Made by a program: the position numbers and the translations under genes | Shown: positions 41,601 through 50,013 of the stretch, one piece after another | Position numbering within the stretch: position 1 is the stretch's first letter | Layout of the letters: each line of letters starts with the position of its first letter | Notes under the pieces: model-generated | Told to the model about the DNA's origin: nothing | Database searches by the model: none | What the model saw: the letters and a program-made list of their open reading frames with translations, nothing else | Virus record (IMG/VR): IMGVR_UViG_3300036770_003016 | Direction: 5' to 3' (one strand) | From: a virus | Length of the DNA stretch: 64,000 bases

Positions 41601-41661
41601 AGAAGTTTTTATCTTCATTGTAATCGTCAAAATATGGATTTATATTATATTTGTCTAACAT
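35668..41661 (-). CDS. Large baseplate/virion structural protein, VrlC/DUF4815-like
   Basis: PYFDD......FY..LFKP...VQARELTQ.Q, APGADR, ARRTFDESG.Y.V, RYTMRDIG.LE.RI..LEYYT.L, DPLAQTF, P....LRAIAL. Confidence 0.85.
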   Translation of the reverse strand: MLDKYNINPYFDDYNEDKNFYRMLFKPSFAVQARELTQIQSILQKQVERFGNHVFKNGSLVTGGQTFFQDATSLKINSEYSGATVIVDNFVGKTITSLDATKRAEVIRVYEADQGTGDPKTFIIKQIYGEPFTNEEVVKTTDASPYFAQIFATGGINEAKIFSVNEGVFYYEGLFVKTLPQTIALSKYTSANVSLRVGFDVVESVVSSSSDTSLLDPALGSSNYQAPGADRVKVDLILNTRSIDSEDDELFIELVRIEESDITKEYKYPIYSVLEESLARRTFDESGNYTVKQFQISLDNNEANSAQLDITLSPGKAYVYGYEFETNSPTTLTVDKPRITSNTQNRRISAEYGNFIYTTEHYGSFPIYNLDTVDVHCVPLANIKTSSTATIANTKIGTVRVKSVEFDSSTDISDSSTYTYRTFVFDVKINNRISGNVNLDNVSTSTELGLGASGSNYSDYSGAYVGAKFRIITGPGSGEPVKTIVDYNGATKVVTLNQPFINTPTSSSVWNIEFEIKDIGSFASFSSTTLEHGANISNFSKDFAENVFISEAENEPLIYPLGQSYITPSTFSDMSYSYKRMYLNQSFSANTSSAISLGAGESIPSATTSNRRSENYYITVKQPNDSTYAVGQVIPSDKFTVDPTTRRITVEDAFNMEADITVTINVSNPTRKAKEYVETNVNTIGTTSPVNVFGSSNTIVQVFTDLGQTHIQQDYLIKNPNESQSLFVSDVLEIVEIRDFLGQSISQANLASSVDVTTKYTLDNGQRDSYYDHASIRLKPSARPPVGPIVVFYNRFKSSGSGFFTVDSYNEIDYGRIPSYVSPRTNNAFLLRDCLDFRPVRFDAITGSGNNVFFDVEPSSTGPKIPFTNDDFIVDYSYFLPRIDRVVLDKNKKFEVIQGVSSLSPAVPNDTDTSMTLYILRYQPYVSNPSQVQVQYVNNKRYTMRDIGSLEKRIENLEYYTSLSLLEQETVTKQDLTIIDSENIPRFKNGILVDPFTGSSVADVTDIDYKASIDGRNKELRPSFKIYNYSLKFDTANSTGYLQNGALVTSQASSVILIDQPKASRFINVNPFNITNFLGKITLNPSSDIWYDINQKADVLVNLTGDRDAWELLAASANELLASEADWGSWQVIGTGEARNGSFDVQNNRSADWQNLNAGVGGANDIVRHTTQTVDQSQRRFGTANQIIPETITQSLGNRIVDSTIIPYMRSKNILFIGTDFKPNSTVYPFFDNISVRENVGNRTNKFFLNTNNVELRVNLDDPETITIKDGSTVVGTAFVVHASNNIIYVTNVVPTQSFTNSSTSFTIEGQSTGKIYQVTGYEHNGAASQGATSNSITLRQDAAGAINSSTFVGKEIRIVQGTGVGQVRTITNYNSTTRVATVNSNWTTLPYNSDPNNPSIYSIGDMKVDAYGSVAGIFTIPEGKFRTGEKLFRLMDSPSGDLSSSSTSGDASFFAQGQLNTVEETIVSTRVPQIQRTNVQDDRVVPVTTTTSRAVVWTDPLAQTFLVSPVQFPQGIFLNKIRVCFKSKDDSIPVTLQIRPAVNGYPSSSVIYPFGTVTLTPDKVKVTDTPSLDDPTKYTDFIFNSPLYMQPGEHCFVLLANSNKYEIYSAEIGKTDLTTNRLISEQPYGGSLFLSQNGSTWTADQNSDMMFRLFRYTFSTSPVNAQFLVDFPETSAVPYDLTHLITADVTMGNTALKYEFNSETLTGDYVGYKAINPFSDYDMNDGGGTRQLSVEKGDASFILSAQLQSSNPDISPFIDISRMGFLAVHNQINDLGLSNNNIVILNGGTGIVGPEDVTITISGGNGSGATAEANVVNGSIDAINIVDAGSGYTTTPTINISLASGSGAQAIILGETSKRGGPAKARYITRRVTLNDGFDSSDLRVYLNVYKPAQSEVYVYAKMLSASDPSIFEDVEWQLMTPITSTNFVSTNKNDFREMIYAPGTNGVASNSITYTSNNITYNTFKTFAIKIVMASNDSVNVPRIKELRAIALPGG

Positions 41662-41670
41662 TTATTAACC

Positions 41671-43278
41671 TTAAAATTGAAATACTAATTTGACTTCTTC
41701 TGCTTGTGCCTGCGATCTCTGAATCTTATTAAAATTTCTAGCATATAAAATATGTCCAGAAAAAGGTTGTAAATCAGGATTTATAACTTCTAAAATTCTA
41801 TATTGTCTACCAGATTCTAAGCCTCTCAACAATGCATTTGTGTCTGGAGTTTTATATACATTATTTAATCTAACTACATTTATTTCTTGAGAAACAACAT
41901 AACCAACAAATGTTGGATCATTTATATTTCCTTGATACACCATCTCACCAACTACAAAATTAGAAGTTCCCAACAATTCTAAATTTAAAGTCAAACTTAC
42001 TGAGTTTGGAGCTGTCAATTCTGTTACTCTATCTACTTCACCATATTTATGGGGATTTATAAGAAGACCATATTGCCTAAAAAATATATCATCTGGTATT
42101 TTACCACTTTCTGTAGAATCTATTTCTCCAACCCTACTTATGATCATAATGTTTGTTGCACCAAGTTCCATAGCAGGGTTATGACCATGACCATATTTTG
42201 GTGGTAAGATTGCTCTTGCTTCAGCACCAGTACCACAACCATATATCGTAACATTAGCTCTAGTATAATTTATTCCAGCATTTATAATATCTATTTTATT
42301 AATTTCATTTTGATTATTTAAACGAACAGAAGTTATTGTATTAGTTCCATCACCGTCAACAACAACTCTTGTTGATAATGTAATTATATTTCCTACTACA
42401 TTTCCACCACCTGAACCTATTGTTGGTCTTGAAAGATACAACTTTTTGGGTTGAGAAGAACTAATAGTAGTTATATGTGTATCATTTGCAAAAATTCCAT
42501 TTCCAGAAACCGCCATATTAACTGCTATGAACGGGCTAGTAGAAACATCTATATCATCTGTAATATCTAACTCTTTAACTCCAGCCACAAATGGTGCAAC
42601 ATTTACTGTTGGATGATAATAATCTAACCCACCGTTTTCTACAACTATTTTGTTTAAAGTTCCGTCTAGTAAATTTTGAGTGTTGTAATTATAATCTGTG
42701 TAGTTTGTACTTGGTTGAATATATGGAACTGGCATCCAATCTGGAGTCAAAAATTTATTTGAAAATTTTATGTTATACATGTACTTCCAAAGATAACCAT
42801 TTTCGTCACTAAATTCTGTTTGTATGAAACCAGAATTTTCTACATAGTTGCCAGTAGGTTCTACTTGAGATAAAGTAGAAACATTATTACAAAGACACTT
42901 GTAGACATTACCTTCAGATGTCATAGCATACATTGGATAAACAGTTTCACCGTCAATGATAGAGATACTTGTTAAATCTTCCAATGGAAGAGTGTCATCA
43001 TATTGTTTATATCTAGTATTTGGTTGCCAAAGAACTCTTGGTATTACAAATTCTATATCTTTTGGAGATACTCTTTTGGCCCCAACCATATTTTGCCAGT
43101 TGTTTCTTTCATCTGGTGGTAAATCTACCATATCAACAGGTGTATCATTGTTTGTAAATTCTGTAGTCTTTCCAATGTACATATAACCAATAGATTTTAA
43201 AGCAGACTCTTTGAAAGAGTCTCTAAATGCTTTAGCTGTTAATACTTTTGTTTTATATGAAGTGTAACTTGTTGTCAT
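41671..43278 (-). CDS. gp8: Baseplate wedge subunit
   Basis: W..M.G.KR, PR..W, VYKCL.N, P.G, GY.WKYMY, GHG..P..ELGA, FRQ.GL..NP, Q.EE.K.V..F. Confidence 0.85.
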   Translation of the reverse strand: MTTSYTSYKTKVLTAKAFRDSFKESALKSIGYMYIGKTTEFTNNDTPVDMVDLPPDERNNWQNMVGAKRVSPKDIEFVIPRVLWQPNTRYKQYDDTLPLEDLTSISIIDGETVYPMYAMTSEGNVYKCLCNNVSTLSQVEPTGNYVENSGFIQTEFSDENGYLWKYMYNIKFSNKFLTPDWMPVPYIQPSTNYTDYNYNTQNLLDGTLNKIVVENGGLDYYHPTVNVAPFVAGVKELDITDDIDVSTSPFIAVNMAVSGNGIFANDTHITTISSSQPKKLYLSRPTIGSGGGNVVGNIITLSTRVVVDGDGTNTITSVRLNNQNEINKIDIINAGINYTRANVTIYGCGTGAEARAILPPKYGHGHNPAMELGATNIMIISRVGEIDSTESGKIPDDIFFRQYGLLINPHKYGEVDRVTELTAPNSVSLTLNLELLGTSNFVVGEMVYQGNINDPTFVGYVVSQEINVVRLNNVYKTPDTNALLRGLESGRQYRILEVINPDLQPFSGHILYARNFNKIQRSQAQAEEVKLVFQF

Positions 43279-45470
43279 TTTTTAATTTCTTTTTTCAGTT
43301 CTTTTATTGCCTGAACTAAGATTGGGATTAATTGCACATAAGATACTGATTTCAAATCTCCAGATGTTTTAACAATTTCGGGTAACACTTCTTCTATTTG
43401 TTGTGCTATAAATCCAAAAGATTTCTCATCGTTTGTTTTCCAATTAAAACTAAATGGATTTATTTTATCTAAGACATCTAAAGCATTATCTATATTATTG
43501 AAATTGTACTTCAAACTAACATCAGATAAACTATTAAAATTTAAAGCATGAAACTCAGTGGCATGTAAATTGCCATCATAATTTAGACGAGTTGAATTTG
43601 ATGGAGCTGCTGTTCCATTGTATAAAGCACCATTTTGTTTTGTTGAACCATTATATCTAAATGCACCAGATAATGTATCACTAGCAGTTCTTAGATCAAC
43701 TGATGTGCCAGAAGCACCAGACCATCCAGAAATGCCAGAGTAGCCAGAAAAACTAGAGTAACCAGAGTACCCCGAGTACCCTGATGTGCCTTCAGCTCCT
43801 GATCCAGACCATCCAGAAAATCCAGATGTTCCAGATTTACCAGAATAACCAGAAGTTCCAGAATAACCTGAAGGACCTGGTAAATTACCAGAGTAACCAG
43901 ATGTGCCAGAATAACCAGAGTAACCAGAAAGTCCCGAGACGCCAGACCATCCTGATCTACCAGAATAACCAGAGTATCCTGATATGCCAGAATAACCAGA
44001 GATTCCAGAATAACCTGATGGCCCAGGAGAAACAGCAGAATATCCAGAGAATCCTGAAGTGCCAGAATAACCAGATGTTCCTATTGTTGCAAAAGAAAAT
44101 CCATATATTGTTCCAGACCAATTCGTTCCTAAAGTTGGAGATTTTGCAAGCATATTAACTGTCAGCTCAAAATAACCTCCTTCGTTGGTCATGTTTGTTA
44201 CTTCATATAATACATAATTCGAATAGATTGCACTATATCTTTCATTAGACTCTGTTGTTTCGTATACTATTATATTTGTTGTTTTACCAACATAATATTG
44301 TAATAAATTGTTATAGTCAAAAAGTGAAGAGTGATCTAAATTATCTAATTTAATTGTTGTTGTTCCAACAAACCCTAAATTGTTTGTTGAAAAATCTGCA
44401 CTTCCAAGTGGTGTTCCACCATTGGTATCGAGTAAACTTGAGAGTATATACAGACCACTTGGTACACCATTGATTGCAGAATAGCCAGAGTAACCAGAAA
44501 TTCCAGAATAACCTGATAGACCAGAATAACCAGATGCACCAGGATTTTCTCCAGACCATCCAGAAATACCAGAGTATCCAGAATAGCCAGATGGGCCAGA
44601 CCAACCAGAAACTCCAGAGAAACCAGATTTACCAGAATGTCCAGAATAACCAGAAAGGCCGGAATACCCTGAGTAACCAGAAAGACCTGAATAACCAGAT
44701 GTGCCAGGTAAATCTCCAGAATAACCAGAAATACCTGAGTAACCAGAATAACCAGAATCTCCAGAATATCCAGAGAAACCTGAATAACCGGAGATGCCAG
44801 AATAACCTGAGTAACCTGATACTCCAGAAACTCCAGCAAAATCACCAAGTTCTATCCAATTTGAACCATCCCAAAAATATAATAGATTAGTGTCTAGTAC
44901 ATAATATACATCACCAGTATTAGGTGTTTCTGATGCTAAATCTGTATAGAGATCAACTACACCAGCAAGTTCTAATCCTGGTCCTGGATAACCAGAGTAT
45001 CCTGAATAACCGGATATACCAGAACCAGAGTAACCAGAATAACCTGATTGACCAGAGTAACCAGAATACCCAGAAAGTCCTGAGTATCCAGATTCGCCAG
45101 AAAACCCAGACTCACCAGAAAATCCAGAAAAACCAGAAGTACCAGATTCACCAGACCATCCAGAAATTCCAGACCATCCAGAATAACCAGAAGTGCCAGA
45201 AAATCCAGAATAACCTGATACACCTGAACCAGAGTAACCTGAATAACCAGATATACCTGAATAACCAGAGTAACCTGATGGACCAGAGAATCCTGAGTAA
45301 CCAGATAGTCCCCTAATTAATAACCATGCAGTACCATCTGAATACCACAATTCTCCATCACTACCATAAACTAGTGAACCAATATATGGTTCTGGGTCTA
45401 GTTGTATAGGAACAGGAACTACTATTCCTTGGCCAAGTGTTTGCTCTTTTCCAGATATAAGCTTATTCAT
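43275..45470 (-). CDS. Collagen-like (Gly-X-Ser)n fibre protein 2 with C-terminal intramolecular chaperone (peptidase S74-like)
   Basis: Three SGX blocks; SD..LK.N...I.NAL..L..I....F.WK......GFIAQ..E..LPE.V...V.Y..L...LV.AIKEL. Confidence 0.85.
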   Translation of the reverse strand: MNKLISGKEQTLGQGIVVPVPIQLDPEPYIGSLVYGSDGELWYSDGTAWLLIRGLSGYSGFSGPSGYSGYSGISGYSGYSGSGVSGYSGFSGTSGYSGWSGISGWSGESGTSGFSGFSGESGFSGESGYSGLSGYSGYSGQSGYSGYSGSGISGYSGYSGYPGPGLELAGVVDLYTDLASETPNTGDVYYVLDTNLLYFWDGSNWIELGDFAGVSGVSGYSGYSGISGYSGFSGYSGDSGYSGYSGISGYSGDLPGTSGYSGLSGYSGYSGLSGYSGHSGKSGFSGVSGWSGPSGYSGYSGISGWSGENPGASGYSGLSGYSGISGYSGYSAINGVPSGLYILSSLLDTNGGTPLGSADFSTNNLGFVGTTTIKLDNLDHSSLFDYNNLLQYYVGKTTNIIVYETTESNERYSAIYSNYVLYEVTNMTNEGGYFELTVNMLAKSPTLGTNWSGTIYGFSFATIGTSGYSGTSGFSGYSAVSPGPSGYSGISGYSGISGYSGYSGRSGWSGVSGLSGYSGYSGTSGYSGNLPGPSGYSGTSGYSGKSGTSGFSGWSGSGAEGTSGYSGYSGYSSFSGYSGISGWSGASGTSVDLRTASDTLSGAFRYNGSTKQNGALYNGTAAPSNSTRLNYDGNLHATEFHALNFNSLSDVSLKYNFNNIDNALDVLDKINPFSFNWKTNDEKSFGFIAQQIEEVLPEIVKTSGDLKSVSYVQLIPILVQAIKELKKEIKK

Positions 45471-45473
45471 TAG

Positions 45474-45944
45474 TTATGACTCCACTCCAATGTGTTCACT
45501 GGATAATTTCTCTTCAGCAGAAACCCAAACATCTATTGAATTTGATTCTTGTGCTTTAATTAAGATCATGTCTCCATTTGCAGAATCAGGATCTCTTTTA
45601 AGTAAACTTCTTCCTTGTAATGGAACTAAAGTTGTTTCGCCTTTAGGAATATTCACTAAAGTAATTTCTATATTAGCGCCCTCTTCAGATTGAAATGTGA
45701 CCTCTAAACTTACTGTATTTGAAGCATGTTTATTTTTAGCATACATTGGTGTCAGTAAGAAAACTTCACCAGGTCTTATTGCTCTAGAATCATCTAATGG
45801 GTCTCTATTTGGTAAAGAATTAGAAGGATCTGGAACAGAAAAATCTGGGGCTTCAATTAAAGGCGTAAATGTAGTTGGAACATTCTCATATATTGCGTTT
45901 AGTGGTTTACCTGTTGAAGGTGTACGGCATGTTATTCTAGACAT
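45474..45944 (-). CDS. Small adaptor-like protein
   Basis: 156-aa ORF in the same relative position as 29888-30220. Confidence 0.65.
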   Translation of the reverse strand: MSRITCRTPSTGKPLNAIYENVPTTFTPLIEAPDFSVPDPSNSLPNRDPLDDSRAIRPGEVFLLTPMYAKNKHASNTVSLEVTFQSEEGANIEITLVNIPKGETTLVPLQGRSLLKRDPDSANGDMILIKAQESNSIDVWVSAEEKLSSEHIGVES

Positions 45945-45946
45945 TA

Positions 45947-47611
45947 TTAAAAACTCCTTGATATGACTGTTTTTGTTGCGATTCTATTTACCGCAGAAAT
46001 AAATGGTGGTCCAGAAAGTTCACCAGTGTCAGCGTTAATTTCTAATCCCCCAACAAATATTGCAGAACCTTGATCGTCTTGTCCACTTGCTATAACTAAT
46101 CCTCTTTCTAATTCAAGTATGCTATCTTGTATTTTAGCAGAGTTTTTGGCAGGAGGTATCTTAGTTAATGCAACACCTGCCATTACTCCACTCCAAGTAT
46201 GACCTATAGCAGTTATAGTAGAAGGTTCAAGTATTCTTTTTGGATTTTGTAATGTACTATTTATTGCGTCTACAGCATCGATAACTATAGTTTGTGCATT
46301 TCCACTTATACCAGGCAAAGCATTTATTTCGTCTCTTAAGTACTCAAAAGAATATTCAAATGCTGCTTGCTTATCTTGTGTAAAAACTGGTTTTGTATTT
46401 GCATCCCAAGGTGTAGGATCACTTGGATCAGCTTCTGTTGTAAATAATGATTTAGTAAAATCTAATATTGGTTGTTCATTTTTAGTCAATAATACCCATC
46501 TAAGAGATTGTAGGAATGTTGCAGCATCTCTTCTCGTAAATTCTTCATCTTCGGCGTTCCAAGTTGCAGTATATCCTTCTGACACTAAAGAGTTCCACAG
46601 ACTGTCAATTAAAGCTTCAGTATATTCATCTATTAATTGATCTGCTTCTGCTCCTTGTGCTTCAGTTATGGAAATCGTGCCTATTTTATAGGGATCAATC
46701 ATTTGACGAACACCTTTGGCAACCATTGTGTAATCACCAAATTGCGTACTACAGCTCGATAGGATTATTTGACCACCACTAAGAGCATAAAAGTGTCTAT
46801 GTGACCATAAACAAACAGCATTAACAGCGTTAATTAAACCACCATTTTTTGCACAATATCCAATACCGTTATGTGAAACTGGAGTAGCACCCCATGTCAT
46901 AATATTAGGAAATATACTATAAGGAGAACAAACAGAACCATCCGCTAATGCAACTCCAGCACCCCTACCAACATAAGGATTTGGTTCACCTTCTTCTGGG
47001 TCTCTATCTAGAGGAGGAGCTACAAATGACCATGTTGGTGTAGTTCTAACTGCTATCTTGTGTGCATATGGCACTCTTCGTATTACCGCACCAGGCCTAA
47101 ATGAAACAGCAAATCCTTCAGTTGGATTATCCATATCATCTAAACGCCAATCTTCAAATATTGGCCCCTCTAAGAAACAACCAGAACCTAAACGAAACAC
47201 ATTTCTTTCTTCAAATCCTGGTTTTGGACGAAAGACAGCACTTCTATGTGCAGCTCTTATAATCGTATCATCTGGAACATCTAAATGACCTTCAGTTAAA
47301 TATACTCCAGCTCCTAATTCAATAAGGGTCAACATCTCTAATTCTTCTACAACTTCTAAAGCCTTTTCAATCGTTTGAAATGCTCTGTCCCAAGATTTGC
47401 CGTCAAAATTATCATTACCATATGGTGAAACATAAAAAACATTTGGTGCTTGACCATACTCTCTTAAGTCTTTAAGAAAGTTTTCTAGTGTTATCTTTTT
47501 TGTTTTTAAGTAATCGTCTTCTTCTTCAAGATCAACCATCACTAAAAGATTATTCGCAGTATTAGAACTTACTGTTTGTAGTTCTGGCAGTTGCGTAATT
47601 TTAATAGGCAT
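45947..47611 (-). CDS. Virion structural protein, distant paralogue of 30224-31627
   Basis: FYVS..GND..DG.S...AF.TI.KAL; C-terminal GHTW..V.AG...G.V..S..D..G...G...I....G...G..F. Confidence 0.7.
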   Translation of the reverse strand: MPIKITQLPELQTVSSNTANNLLVMVDLEEEDDYLKTKKITLENFLKDLREYGQAPNVFYVSPYGNDNFDGKSWDRAFQTIEKALEVVEELEMLTLIELGAGVYLTEGHLDVPDDTIIRAAHRSAVFRPKPGFEERNVFRLGSGCFLEGPIFEDWRLDDMDNPTEGFAVSFRPGAVIRRVPYAHKIAVRTTPTWSFVAPPLDRDPEEGEPNPYVGRGAGVALADGSVCSPYSIFPNIMTWGATPVSHNGIGYCAKNGGLINAVNAVCLWSHRHFYALSGGQIILSSCSTQFGDYTMVAKGVRQMIDPYKIGTISITEAQGAEADQLIDEYTEALIDSLWNSLVSEGYTATWNAEDEEFTRRDAATFLQSLRWVLLTKNEQPILDFTKSLFTTEADPSDPTPWDANTKPVFTQDKQAAFEYSFEYLRDEINALPGISGNAQTIVIDAVDAINSTLQNPKRILEPSTITAIGHTWSGVMAGVALTKIPPAKNSAKIQDSILELERGLVIASGQDDQGSAIFVGGLEINADTGELSGPPFISAVNRIATKTVISRSF

Positions 47612-50012
47612 TTGAATCCTCTGTTGATATTACATTAGGTTTGTTATTCTGAGTAGTCGCAGCCAATTCTCTCCAATACTCAGTGACAACACCTCTGTAG
47701 TATGGATATGGCACATAAATCGTCAAACCAACATTAGTTGATGTGAATTCAAAAGGTTCAGAAACAGTTATCGTTGTATTATTTATAATAGTATTTACAA
47801 TTCTTATTTCAGAATTAACTACTATGTAAGTTCCTTCTCCAATTAATCCTAAAGTATTTGCCAAAACAAAATAAGTGTTGGTTCCAGTAATTGTGTAAGA
47901 ACCAGCAGTAACATTAACAGAACCAGTTCCAGCAAGTTCTTTTGATACATTTTCATATACTGATTCTGTAGTTAAAACTTCAACATTATCTTCAAAATTA
48001 TATCTAGCATAATTTATGAAACCAGTTGGATTTAAAAGATCATTTGCTAATTTTCTATAACGATTAAACTCTATTTTTGAAGTTATAACATAAGAAAAAT
48101 CAATGTAATAATTTTCTCCCTGTATTCTCATCTCATCTGATGACAGAAGGCCATCTGCACTTGTCCATTTTCCAGGTAAAGAAACATACGAAGAAGATAT
48201 TGTCGATGTTAATTGAGCATCACCGTTACCACTAAATGTCAAATCTGGAAGTGGACTTGATTCATAACCACTTCCTTTATCGACTATTTCCACTTTCAAT
48301 ACTTTTCCAACCACTCCATCATCTACATCATACTCAAACTCCGCTCCTTCATACATGAATAAATCAACTTGCAGATTTGCACCAGTACCTTCACTATCAA
48401 CTACTATTGTTGGAAGATAATCTTTGTTGTAATTTATACCTCCATCTAAAACTCTAACACTTGTTATTGATCCATTTGAACTTACAGCATTGACTTCTGC
48501 TCTGGCTCCTCTTCCAAAATAATGACTTTTATGTACAAACAAAACCTCATCACCTACGCTATAGCCTTGGCCTCCGTTGTTTATTTTGACTGAAGCTATA
48601 GAACCAATATCTCGTATTGTTACTTCATCATTGGTTGCTGGATTAGTATATAAAACTACATCATTAATTGTAAAAGTAATATTTGGTGTATTTGGTATTT
48701 GACTAGTTACTATAAAAGTATCTAAGAGAGGCCCTAAACCATCCATAGTGAATAAATTTAAACCATCAGAAATAATAGAATTTAAATTTATAGTTTCTTG
48801 TTCTTTAATACCAAAATCAACAGAACTTATATTAATAGATGAATAGTCATCAATGACATCAATGTTATAACGAATAAAATTTGGTCCACTTAAAGAGGTA
48901 TCGTCTACACTACTAACTACAGCTACAAATTCAGCTGATGTGTAATTATTGGCATCAATTTCTAAACCTGTTTTGTAACCTTGGCCAGTTTTATCAATTT
49001 TCACAAATAGTTTTTCAATTTTTCCAGAACTAACTTCTGATACAAAACCTGTTGCTTTTCTGGCACTTTTTCCTAAAAAATTAACTGTATCACCAACGAC
49101 ATAATTACTTCCAGGATTTACTATTTGTATATCTTGAACTTCAGATAAAGTTTGAAAACTAAATGGTATTAATTGTTCACCAACAATAACAGTACAATCT
49201 ATAATTTCACCATTTATAAAATTACCAACTTTAGTTTTTTCTTCTATAAAAAATTGAAAAAAATCTTCTCCAGCAATTCTTCGTCTTCCAACATTTTCAA
49301 CTAAAGCTTTAGCACCAGATTTTTGTCCAACTAATTGTCTGTTATTAAAAATATCTAAATCAAAATTTATCAAATATCTTATTTCAATTTTATCAATAAA
49401 TATCGGAGGAACTAATAATGTAATTTTTTTTAATTCTTTTCTTAATGAATATTGATTTGTTAAAATGCCATCAAATCTAACTTCTATTTGATTTTCAGTT
49501 AATTCATATGGTAAATAATATGTTAATATATTTGGATCAGCATCGTAAACACTAGTTACTATAGGCTCAGTTCTCAGTATATTTTCAATTGTCCATTTAC
49601 CATCAGATGCTCTAAGAATATTGTTTCTTGGATATTCTACTTTAATTTCTTCTTTAAAAAGTAATCTAAACAATAATTCAAATGATTTGAGTGTACCTTT
49701 CGATCTATACAAAGGTAAAAGATTCTTCATAAAAAAAGATTTATCAAACACACTCTCACTAGGAATCAATGAAGCAAATGTATTAAAAAAGTTTTCTTCA
49801 AATTTTTCTAAAGATTCGTCTAAATCAAAAGCATTTTTAATATTTTTTGCTTCTTCTATTAAATTATTTTTTTGACTAATAGAATTAGAATAAAATTGTT
49901 CTTTCTCTAAGAACTCATAGTATGCTTCTAAAAATGAAATGAAAAGAGGATAATCCTCTCTTACAAATTCTGGTACTTGTCTATTGACTAATAATGATGT
50001 TCTCAAATCCAT
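47601..50012 (-). CDS. gp7: Baseplate wedge protein, gp7-like
   Basis: Q.PEFVREDYP.F..FL.AYY, Y.SKGT..SF..LFRLLF, YP...IL.ASDGKW, YY..FSYV..S; follows gp6. Confidence 0.7.
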   Translation of the reverse strand: MDLRTSLLVNRQVPEFVREDYPLFISFLEAYYEFLEKEQFYSNSISQKNNLIEEAKNIKNAFDLDESLEKFEENFFNTFASLIPSESVFDKSFFMKNLLPLYRSKGTLKSFELLFRLLFKEEIKVEYPRNNILRASDGKWTIENILRTEPIVTSVYDADPNILTYYLPYELTENQIEVRFDGILTNQYSLRKELKKITLLVPPIFIDKIEIRYLINFDLDIFNNRQLVGQKSGAKALVENVGRRRIAGEDFFQFFIEEKTKVGNFINGEIIDCTVIVGEQLIPFSFQTLSEVQDIQIVNPGSNYVVGDTVNFLGKSARKATGFVSEVSSGKIEKLFVKIDKTGQGYKTGLEIDANNYTSAEFVAVVSSVDDTSLSGPNFIRYNIDVIDDYSSINISSVDFGIKEQETINLNSIISDGLNLFTMDGLGPLLDTFIVTSQIPNTPNITFTINDVVLYTNPATNDEVTIRDIGSIASVKINNGGQGYSVGDEVLFVHKSHYFGRGARAEVNAVSSNGSITSVRVLDGGINYNKDYLPTIVVDSEGTGANLQVDLFMYEGAEFEYDVDDGVVGKVLKVEIVDKGSGYESSPLPDLTFSGNGDAQLTSTISSSYVSLPGKWTSADGLLSSDEMRIQGENYYIDFSYVITSKIEFNRYRKLANDLLNPTGFINYARYNFEDNVEVLTTESVYENVSKELAGTGSVNVTAGSYTITGTNTYFVLANTLGLIGEGTYIVVNSEIRIVNTIINNTTITVSEPFEFTSTNVGLTIYVPYPYYRGVVTEYWRELAATTQNNKPNVISTEDSNAY

Positions 50013-50013
50013 T

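Noticed and set aside
43784-45316. Multiple overlapping ORFs within fibre 2
   Set aside because: Same repeat-derived shadow frames
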